DNA from: Cyanophora paradoxa CCMP329 | Lineage: Eukaryota > Plantae > Glaucophyta | DNA length: 64,000 nucleotides | Direction: 5' to 3' | NCBI GenBank assembly: GCA_004431415.1 | Contig: QPMI01000493.1 | Coordinates: 62,001-126,000 of the forward strand | Part shown: one piece after another, positions 24,201-33,592 of the stretch | Position numbering within the stretch: position 1 is the stretch's first letter | Layout: every line of letters starts with the position of its first letter | Translations under genes and position numbers: made by a program | The notes under the pieces: model-generated | The model's input: the letters and a program-made list of their open reading frames with translations, nothing else | The model's database searches: none | What the model was told of the DNA's origin: nothing

Positions 24201-27200
24201 AAAGGTGCCACGCGAAGACCGCGCGGACTGCAGGGGTGAGAAGCTGCTGCTTACAATTGCTGCTCTTCCCACTTGGAAATGATCTCGACACCCGAACCTT
24301 CCATTGCAGATTGCGAGGCTGGAACGTACCCCAGCAAGGGCGTCTGCGTGTCGTGCCCCCCTCTGACTACCTCGCGCGCTGGCGGTTCGCTATTCCGATC
24401 CGCCGTTGAGCTGCCTGGACTCCATCCTGAATCTGCGCCGCAGATGCCACTTGCACCCGCTGTGCTGCCGGATCGATCTCGGACGACAGCCGCACGCGCT
24501 GTATCCCGTGCCCATCGTCCATGTACCTGCCCGCGAACAGCGACGTCTGCCTTCCGTGCCCCGTGAACACGATCTCGCAAGCGGGCTCCACGGGATGTAT
24601 GTCGTGGTGAGCTCTGAGTTCGCTCTGCTTTCGACCGCGTTTCGCTTACAAATTGCTGCTTTGCGCAGTTTGGAAGGCACTGTGGTGGGTCGCATTGCCT
24701 CTTTAAGTGTCTGTCTGCCCATTCGATGCACTGACGAGCGTCATTTATTCCCTCAGTCGGACGAGTCTCAGACGTTCTGCGAGGTGCGCTGGTGCTGCAC
24801 TCGTTTCCGGCTCTCCAGCGCCAACGCAGCGACGGCAGGTCTGTGCGAAAGGCACCTTCCGAAACGCGACGCTGGCCTACTGCGAGCCCTGGTCCGTGCG
24901 GTTCTTTGCTTTCCAGCGCACGGATATTACTGCGCGAATTCGAACCCGGTTTCGCGCAGCCCATCCGGCACGTTCGCGGCTGCCGCGGGGTCCACGACCT
25001 GCACGCCGTGCTCGTCGACGCAGCTGTGCCCGATCGCGACGTCGGAGCCGATCGACATTTCCGATTTCAAGAAGCTCATATCGCAGACCATCTCCGAAGC
25101 CCTCGCCGCCGGCCGCGAGACAGGGGGAGCGGAGCCTGCGCAGCCAGGAGGGACCCAGAGGCGGGGCCTGCTGGGCACGAGAAGGCTGTTGGCTGCTGGG
25201 GACTTTTTCAAGCGGATTACAAGCGAGGACAGCGAGATGACGTTCATAAGCGAGAACGTGACGTGCGAAATTCACTCCTGAATAATCTGGACATCTGGAC
25301 GATACGATTCGCATGCGCAGGTACGACACGAACTCGGCCACCATCCTCCGACCCGTGCGTGGTCCAAAGTGTCATCGGTCAAATGCATATGCGCATGCCA
25401 TGAATTGAATGTTTCGGCAGGAAATCCGCACGGAGGAGGTCGCGAATCAGCGCCTTTACCTGGTGTGTAACGGATTACGGAGCAGAACGCCTCCTGGCAA
25501 ATAAATTCGTACCGTGCGCAGATTTTCGCGGTGCTGGTAGCGTGTACTGGGGTCCTGTTAATCCTTGCCGGCGTTTGCCTCTACTCGTATTTGAAAGTGC
25601 GCTCGAAGCGGTTGGTTGTACGAAGCTTTACTTTGATATTAACCTACCCCGGCATAGATTCCGCTAGCTGCACCTTCGGAGAGGAAGCTCGAGCGCAAAG
25701 AGCGCAAAAATCGTCGATTTGAGCACGTACGCTGGGACTTGTGTCTTCTCTCGCCCTCGCATCCGCCACCAACGTCTCGGCCGACAGATCCTCAAGCTCG
25801 ACCGGCTGTACACTGATCTCATCGCGGCTAAGCGCGAGGAAGTAAAAGGCGGCGCGAAGAGCGTGCCCGCAAAGACGGAAGAAGAGGAAGCGGCGGAGGA
25901 CGAAGAGGAGAACCAGAAGACTCGCTACGGCGTTGTCTTCACGATGATTGGCATCGGTCTCGCCGCCATCGCAGCCGGCTACGTTCTCCTGCAATTCGTG
26001 CGCTTTGAGCTGTGCCACGAGGCAATGCGTGGGCTCTGACCGCCCGGCATTTGTGCCCAGTCCATTGCGAATTTCAACATCATCCAGACGCTCCAGCCGG
26101 GGTCCTCGCCGTCGGCCGCGAGCATCGCCGGCCCTCTGAACGTCACGGCCTCCTTCGCTGGATTTGCCGGTGATCTTTGAGTTGTTCTATGCTTTGAATT
26201 TGCCTTGATTGGATGCTTTTTCCTACTGAGCACTCGTGCAGGTCCCTGCCAGATTGTGAAACGAGCCACAGAAAGCTCCGGCAACGCATCGCTATCCCGC
26301 TTTGACGGGCGCGCCGGTGTCGACGTGTTCGTTTCGGGCATCGGGCCCGTCGATGGCTCGCCTGGGCCAGTTGCTGAAACGAGCTACATCGCCGCTCGCC
26401 GTACTTGCTTGTCCGTTTACAGCTGTTCATGTATAACAATACTGCGATTCCTTATGCGTGTGCTTAGAGTGACCTGGCGCTGCACGAAATGCCGTCTCCT
26501 GGCGGCCAGCAACGTGACAGTCGACTTCCGCCTAGTATCGCGCCTCGCGTTTGCGGTCGCCATCAACTACGCCATCCATGTTCGTCTTTGCATGAAGCTG
26601 GGTTGTTGCGTTTCCCTGATGCACGAAGCAGGTCCCGTCGAACCTCTCCATCGAGGGCGTGATCGTGCCCTCCTCGCAGGCCGAGTTCTCCGTCTTCCGA
26701 GGCACACTCCCGGTCACCGTCCCTGTGTCCCTATTCCCGCTGCACTTCGAGGTCTTGACGCCACGATTGCTTGGATTGTGCCACGACATGCGCTTGCGCG
26801 CCTGACGTCGAGGTGTGCGCATTCACAGGACGAGCGCGACGGGACGCCGCGGTACGACGCGGCCCTGCGTCCCGCCGACAACCGTGCCACCGAGAAGGGC
26901 GCGGGATCCTTCGTGCGTCTCTCCTGATTTCCAGCCCCTTCAATCCAATCAGTGTTTCTCTCATGTCGCTCTGGCCCGCTGCTGCCAGACCCTCTGCTCG
27001 TTCACGAAACCGCTCTCCGACCCGGAGTGCGCCGGCGAGTCGGTCGCCTTCCGCGTCCTCTTCAACATCGACAACATTTACGTCATGGCGCGCTCGCCTC
27101 CAGCGACTGGCGGGTCGACAGTGCGTCATTCGTGCTGACGCGCCCTGCCGCAGGTGTACCGCAAGGCGAAGGCCACTGTGGCCGACATGCTGGCGGACCT

Positions 27201-28123
27201 GTCGTCCCTCACGCAGACCGCCATCGCCGTGCGCGCGTCTCAACTGCGACGCTGTCCATCTCGCGATCGCGGCTCGTCCACTGCTGACAGAGCGGGTCGC
27301 GGCAGGTCGGAGGCCAGATTGCAGTCGCATTCCTCACCGCGCGATACTTCTTCAAGGTGACGAGCAAAGCATTCCTTTTAATCGCATACACATGACGCAC
27401 TTCAAAGCTCCAGCCTCATGCAAATCGCAGAGGCCACGCCGCGACGCCGATGCAGGAGAAGACTCCGCCGACGGATCGATCGCTAGCGAGCCAGCGCTTC
27501 CAAAGCTGCAGCCTCGATCCCCCGCAGCTGTCTCGGCCAAACCAGACGCGGCCACTGCCGAAATCAATGCGCCCGGTGCCAGCGCCACGGTGCCCACGAA
27601 AACCCCGCGTGCAGCCGCACGGATGAACCGGAGGCGAAGCAACAGCTTCGGCCAAATCGAGGCTTTCATCGACATCTATGACGGAAACGACACCCGAGAG
27701 CTCCAGGCCACCAGATCCAAGTCAGCCCATGGCCAACGGCCGTCGCCTCCGGCGTCTTTCGTGTTGGCCGTACCGGACCGGAGCATAAGCGCCGGCGGTC
27801 GCCCGTCCCGGCCTCATACCCTCCCGCCCTTCGGATTCGGATCCCCTCTGTCCGCGACGGCGTCAACGTCGGCGAGCCCCGCCGTAGGCAGCGCCGGCCC
27901 CAGCAGCCGCTACGCCTACAACCTCGCGGGCGCCTCGCTCCCCGTTCCCAACCTCCCCGTACGGCTCATCGACCTCTCGGGCTCGACCTCGAGCGGGGCC
28001 GGCAGCTCCAGCTCCAGCATTATCGCTGGTAGGGGTGGACCGCAGCAAGCGAATGCAGGAGCAGGCAGGGCACCCCCCAAGGGCGACGATGGCACAGCCG
28101 CTGCGGCCGCCATCCACCTGTGA
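3222..28123 (+). CDS. Giant multi-exon cell-surface protein, copy 1: signal peptide, 8 LamG-like domains, Ig-like and unassigned region, Cys-rich stalk, 3 TM helices, cytosolic tail (rough estimate 5,000 aa and over 100 introns)
   Basis: ATG at 3222 starts MRPVAIALFLVALLLRPLATSGA (signal-peptide-like). Wherever checked, exons join in phase through GT/GC-AG introns, ending at ...AAAAIHL* (TGA 28121-28123). Exons are more conserved than introns against copy 2. The stretch 3385-4400 is too noisy to model. Confidence 0.85.
3385..4200. repeat. Poly-C / pyrimidine low-complexity tract, probably low-quality sequence
   Basis: Long C homopolymers with no consistent frame. The following LamG exon at about 4250-4340 is recognisable but degraded. 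Confidence 0.7.
4250..14095 (+). repeat. Tandem array of about 8 LamG/pentraxin-like (concanavalin A jelly-roll) domains in copy 1
   Basis: Units start near 4252, 5585, 6832, 8034, 9303, 10518, 11739 and 12971. Each follows GxYFG...F.LG.P.T.SFW...RI.DFG...IPVDG.WHHV.LV.T....YLNG...HYIG...W...ADFRVYS.AL...QV...LEL.Y.F.GC, which fits the Laminin_G_3-type pattern. Confidence 0.85.
17960..25040 (+). repeat. Cys-rich GCC2/GCC3 (ephrin-receptor-like/TNFR-like) repeat stalk in copy 1, containing a higher-order tandem duplication of about 2.3 kb
   Basis: Dozens of CxxCPxGxY...CxxC units. Super-repeat A starts near 18908 (GQVTTDKQDGCTWCRPG) and super-repeat B near 21141 (GQVPNEKQDGCMWCRPG). Confidence 0.9.
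25522..27356 (+). other. Three-TM membrane module of copy 1
   Basis: TM1 IFAVLVACTGVLLILAGVCLYSYLK (25522-25596); basic then acidic linker; TM2 GVVFTMIGIGLAAIAAGYVLLQF (25929-25997); loop with sequons NVT, NAS, NVT, NLS and several Cys; TM3 within MLADLSSLTQTAIAVGGQIAVAFLTARYFFK (27154-27228 plus 27306-27356). Confidence 0.75.
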
Positions 28124-28259
28124 TGTAGCGTTGGTTTAGATAGATAAATGTAGTTCGTTAAATAGTTCGATGTGCTCTTGTCTTACTCCGAATCCGGCTA
28201 ACGTTTTTATCATAGTAGCTGTACTGTGATACGTAGTCTAGCGTAGTTATTTCGAATTC

Positions 28260-28378
28260 GTCCCCATCCCCACCAGTGCCACCACCACTTATCCCACACC
28301 CTCCCCCCTTCCCCCCCTCCCCCCTCCCCCCCCCCCCGCCCCCCCCCCCAACCCCCCCCAACCCCACCCCCACTCCGA
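28260..28378. repeat. C-rich low-complexity tract
   Basis: Runs of C interrupted by single bases, downstream of the copy 1 stop codon. Confidence 0.7.
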
Positions 28379-28726
28379 TTATATAATCGTTATAATGAGC
28401 GTTGTACCATGTCAATGTGTGTGCCGGTGCCGAGGAGGAGAAGAGCTCAAGGACTTCGACGCAGAGGTACTAGTCACACTAGAACGACGGGGAGCACGGG
28501 GGCGCGGAAAATAAGGAGAACGAGTACAAGGAACTACAGTCAAAGATCCAGATCGATATCTAGATCTAGAGTTCGAAGACCTAGCAACCTTGCTAGGCTA
28601 TATAGCTAGTAGCAACCTGAGTTCAGGCTATATAGCTAGTAGCAACCTTGGCTAAAAAAGCTCGGCCGCCCGGCGGCCGTCCCTACTGACTCCCTAGTAG
28701 AGAGTCCCTACGAGTCCCTAGGCCTA

Positions 28727-28998
28727 CCGTAAAACAGAATTTTAAGGTCTGCACTTTATTATGTCGTCCCCAAATTATGTCGCCGAAAACTTGACATGAC
28801 GACATAATTTGCAATTGGGGACGACATAGTAGGGCGTGCGCGTGCACGTGCTTAGTGCTACCCGCCCCATACAAGCCTGAAAATTTCGTGCCGACATAAT
28901 TTGCAATTGGGGATGTCCGACGGTCATATTTCGCATAGAGAAGGGTCGGTTTTTATAACGACATAAATTTGACCGTCATATTATATTGTGTTTTACGG
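28727..28998. mobile_element. MITE with TA target-site duplication (Tc1/mariner-pogo-like, non-autonomous)
   Basis: TA|CCGTAAAACAGAAT ... ATTGTGTTTTACGG|TA. Internal repeat GACATAATTTGCAATTGGGGA occurs twice. Confidence 0.85.
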
Positions 28999-29506
28999 TA
29001 CTAGGACTAAGGACTCCCTACGTAGACGGTATACCGTCGTACGCTACGAGTTGGCCGCATAGACGAAAGTACCGTAGTACGTTTCAAGTTTCCTGGCGAA
29101 CTCGGGCCAAACTCCAGATTGGCAGTGTGGTACGTTAACGTTCATACAATGAAAGATTCACTACAGAATTGGCAGGCGCCCGCGGCCGGGGCCCGGGCGG
29201 CCCGCGGCCCGGCGCCGGCCGGCGGATGCGCGGCTGGCATCATACTATGATCATAGTGGCATGCGCACTGCGCAGATCTTAAGCTTGCCCTTCGCTAGCT
29301 TCAACTAAACCTCTACGATGGTGCTCCTAGTAATTCGCAAGGAACTTCGGAAGCTAGCGACGAACTTGGAATTCGAAAGCTTGAGCTACTACCAGCTGCG
29401 GGCCTGCGGCCCGCGCGCGGGCCTGCGGCTAAAGCAGCTGATAAATTATAATTAAGGATTCCCGCGGGTCCCTCGGCCTACCGGTACCGGATTTCAGCCT
29501 GAAGTA

Positions 29507-30128
29507 CCGTATACGTAAAGCAGAATATTAATGCGCGCATAATATTAATGCGCCCCCAAATTAATGCGTTTTTTGCCGTCAAAACGCATTAATTTGGGGG
29601 CGCATTATAATAACAGAACGCTAAGAAACTGCAGACAGTAGGACTCAGTACCCCCCTTATGCAGGCGAGAAAGCGTAAAAACGCATTATATATAATTTGG
29701 GGGCGCATTATTAGCCATACGTACGTCGTACGAGGGGTCCGGGTCCAAAAACGCATTAATATTGATCATGACTCAGTGAGCGGGCACGTATGGCCGAGTG
29801 GTTGAAATCACGGTTTAGAGGTGCGAGGACCCGGATCGATTCCCAAGAGGAAGGTTTCGAAGACCGGTGCCTCGCCGGGCGGCGACGCCCCTGCCGTCGA
29901 CCCCACTAAAGTGGCAACGTGACCGCCTGCACTGCGATGGCGCAGCCAGGGGGGGTGTCCCAGGGGTCCATAAGGGCACCCCCGTAAGACACCGAACTGG
30001 ACTACGTTCCTCGGTCGCTGAGATAGAGGGGCAAGTGTCAGTAGAATAGACGCCGATGGCGTCCCCTCCGGAATATTCAAAAAATGATTGATCATGAGCG
30101 CATTAATTTTTAATATTGTGTTTTACGG
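29507..30128. mobile_element. Related TA-targeting MITE interrupted by a SINE
   Basis: TA|CCGTA[TACGTA]AAGCAGAATATTA ... TAATATTGTGTTTTACGG|TA. Perfect internal hairpin TAATGCGCCCCCAAATTAATGCGTTTT / AAAACGCATTAATTTGGGGGCGCATTA (about 29546-29607). Confidence 0.8.
29772..30086 (+). mobile_element. tRNA-derived SINE
   Basis: Pol III A box TGGCCGAGTGG (29791-29801) and B box GGATCGATTCC (29833-29843), non-tRNA body of about 230 nt, A-run at 30079-30084, flanked by the 11-bp direct repeat ATTGATCATGA (29761-29771 and 30087-30097). Confidence 0.8.
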
Positions 30129-30274
30129 TAGAGAGTCGATCGCGACTGTCGACGTCACCAGGTCACGGGGGGTACAGCAGTCCCAGCCGGCCGGCGCCGG
30201 CGTTGTATACACATATATATACTATGAAACTATCATAGTATACGTAGTTCATAAAAAATAATGCCGGCTCGAAG

Positions 30275-30972
30275 TAGGCCTGCGGCTTGCAGGCAAGCCC
30301 TTGAGCCAAGCCCTTGAGCCGGGCTGGGAGGTCAAGCCCTTGCCTGGCTTTTGGCCGGCTCAAGCCGGCTCAAGCCCTGAACGGCGAGGGGGGGGGAGGC
30401 GTCGGAGGGGGGTGCCGGACGCAGCTGGGCGCCTGCAGCGCATTCGAATCGGAGCTGATTATAAGCTTAAGATATAAGCATGCGACGGCAACGTTAACTA
30501 ACATATGAATCTTATTCAATTTTTAATTTCGAATTCAACGGCGCCGGCAGCCTGCGCGCGCGCGTGTGCACACGTTCCCCCCCGGCCGGGCCCGCCGCGC
30601 GCACCGCGGCCGGCCAGCCCCGGCGCGGCCCAGTACTAGTACTAGTACTAGTACTAGTGCCACGGTGCGGCTGGCACCTGCGTGCCACACGCGCGCGTTG
30701 GCGATTGCTATTATATAAGAGTATATGTACATGCGTTTCTTCGTGAATTCGAAGCCGGCGCCAAATATAAGCATTGGGCTGCGGTGCAAGGGCCTTCGGA
30801 ACGGTACCCCCCCTTAGGCTTGCCGTAAGCCCGGCCAAGGGCTTGACCCGCTCGGGAGGCCAAGCCCTTGGCCATGGGCCGGCCGGCCGGCCGGCTTGGC
30901 TTGGCTTGACCGCGAGGGCCCGGGGCTTGGCTTGGCTTAAGCCGACTTTTTGGCCGGCAAGCCGCACCCCTA
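30275..30972. mobile_element. Non-autonomous hAT element
   Basis: TIR TAGGCCTGCGGCTTGC / GCAAGCCGCACCCCTA; perfect 8-bp TSD GCTCGAAG (30267-30274, 30973-30980); AAGCC/GGCTT subterminal repeats at both ends. Confidence 0.9.
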
Positions 30973-31824
30973 GCTCGAAGCTTAAGATGGGGGAAAGCTG
31001 CCGAAAGCATGCTGCATCATGGCATGCGCAGCCTGCGCGCGCATGCGGCCGGCAGACTCGAGCTCCGGCAGTCCTCAATGACTCCTCATCTAATCTCACC
31101 GTGGCACCATTGAGTCACCGTGGCACCAATTGCAAACTTTGAAAACGTTAACACTAGTACTGTGACAAAAAAGCACCTAGCTAGCTGGAGCCGGCTCGCC
31201 CCAACCGTAAACATCCCGGCCCACGTGCACCCGGCTCGAGCGCTAGCCGGCCGCGATCTGCCCCTCGAGCCGGCGAGCCGGCTTGCTCGAGCCGGCTCGT
31301 GTGGTTGACGTCACTCAGTGACTGGTCAGCTGTCCGGCTCGAGCCGGTCGGCCCCTCGCCGAGTCGGCTCGGCTCAGAGCTCGAGTCGGCTCAGAGTCCT
31401 CAGACTGAGACTCTGCTGCGCATGCAAGGGTCAACAGCTGCAGACTCAGAGTCAGTGCATCATGCATGGCATGACTCAGTGATGCATGCCATGATGCATG
31501 GCCGCCGGGCATGCGCATGCGCAGCCTCGAGCTCGGAGCCTCGGACTCCCGGACTGCCGCGCGCAGATCGACTCGAAGAGTCGAAGTGCAGTGCCGCGCC
31601 GGCGGTCATGATCAGCGCCGGTCACACCGGCCCGGCGGGTGCCGGGCACTGCCGGCCCAGTGCCGGGCCGTGCATGCCGGCGACCGTCGCCGAGTCGGAC
31701 GGCCCGGCGACGGGCCGGCGTGCCACTCACTGACTCAGTGAGTCAGCGCCGACTCAGCGGCGACTCAGATCGCGCGGCTGCAGATCATCATGGCATCGGA
31801 TGATTCGGATCTAGACTGCACTGG

Positions 31825-32312
31825 TAGAGCTGTGCTCGCTGGGGGGGCCGGGCCCAGCGGCCGCTGAAGCCCGGCGAGCGCCGCCCGTCGCTGGCCCGTC
31901 GCTGAGGTGGGGGTACCGCCAAAACCTGTCGAAAAACTGCTGAAAACCAACCGAAAACCTATCTGTTCCGTTTAGTTTATTTCGTACAAGCTTTTAAGAT
32001 GCGCGCGTACGCAAATGCAGATTTAATGCTTAGTTCCGCGAGCCATCTGTCAATTTCTGCGAGATAGAGGCCAGCTGCAGGTTGGGCGAAGCGGAGCGCC
32101 TGGATGCTCGAAAACAGTCGAAATTTAGCAAGATTGATCGGCTACGCCGACCTACGTCGACCTTCAGATGAGAAAAAAGCGGGATGGAGCTTTTTTTGGC
32201 GCCTGTCAGCCATAAAAAAAGCTGAGCGAGGAGGTGTCGCTGGCGGAAAACGCCAAGCGTAGCGGCCGCTGGAACCTCGCGAGCGAAGCGACCACCAGCG
32301 ACCACAGCCCTA
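31825..32312. mobile_element. Non-autonomous hAT-like element
   Basis: TIR TAGAGCTGTGCTCGCTGG / CCAGCGACCACAGCCCTA. Right flank GACTGCAG and left flank GACTGCA[CTG]G form an imperfect 8-bp TSD. Confidence 0.75.
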
Positions 32313-33592
32313 GACTGCAGTCACACTGACTCAATGAGTACTAGTACTAGTGCCGCCGCACCTGCAGCCTGGCAGCACTGAGCATCCGCCAGCTGCACTG
32401 CGGCAGGCCGATGCCATGATATCGATGATCCCGGGCCGATGACCTGATTCACCTGAAGCTTCCGAAGTTCTAAACTTTGAAAGCACTAGTACTTCCAGCC
32501 TGCGAATCTGTGATCTCTCGAAAGTTTGCCAAAGTTGGACCGTCCGACGGTCACGGTTCAAGCGTGAACTTCAAGCCTTTGAAGGCAGCTTCGTGCATAT
32601 GCATATGATCAAGTCTTCGACCGGTACCGCAGGCAGCTTCATGATCCGATGATCCGATGATGATCAAGCTTTAAGGCTTCAAGCGCAGGCCTAGCTATAG
32701 CCTATATATATATATAGGTCCGAGCAACGACTCGCGAAAGCGGCATACTGGTGCTAGTAGGTTGGAGAAGCTTGATCACCGTACGCGTGGCACGGTTGAA
32801 TGTCGCGAGCCACATGTACATGCACGCCGCGCCGGGCCCGGGGCCCCGCAGGCTCCGCAGCGCGCGCCTGCAGCCAATATCAATGAGGGCTGCAACGCAA
32901 TCGCGCGAAACGTACGCGTCAACGTTGCGAGGTGCACGTGGCGGGCCCCGCATGCGCAGCTGCAGCTGCAGGTGCGCGTGCAGGATCCCAGGAGGCGCCG
33001 CCGGGCCGGCGCCCCGCCAGGGCGGGCCCCGGGCTGCGGGCGCGCCCAGCGCACCCGCTGACCCCCAGGCCGCCTCAGATTCTCAAGGCGTAAGATAGAA
33101 GCGGATCTTCTCATCACCGTACGCATGCCGATGTTCCAGCTCCGGGGCCCACGGCCGGCCTTCTCGACCGCAGCTGCAGCCGCGGCCGCGGGCGACGGGC
33201 GGGCGCAACGTCCGCGGCCTGCATGCGCAGACCTAGACCTACCGGCCTGCGGATGCAGAAGGCACGAATTCGAACGCGCGGACCCGTACGCGTGCGAGCT
33301 CGCCGCGCGGGCACGGCGCCCGCGGCCGCACGCGCATGCACGTGCACATGTGCACAGTGTGACACGCCGCGTGCGCACGCGTACGCTCAAAACTGCCCGC
33401 CCTGTCGACTCTAACTGTGGCCGTCCCGGGGTGGCAGGGACGAGGCCCGGTCTCAGCTCTGCCGCGGCTCGACGCATTTAATCTTAAGCCATCTCCTTGT
33501 CCGCCTGCATGCGGAAGATCTGACACGTGCGTGACCGGGCTTGTTTCGAGATCTCTCCAACTCATTTACGCGTCTCTAGAGCCTTCCGGTTG

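Noticed and set aside
29779-29850. Possible tRNA gene
   Set aside because: A and B boxes are present but there is no pairing acceptor stem or clean anticodon arm. A body, A tail and TSD follow, so it is better explained as a SINE head.
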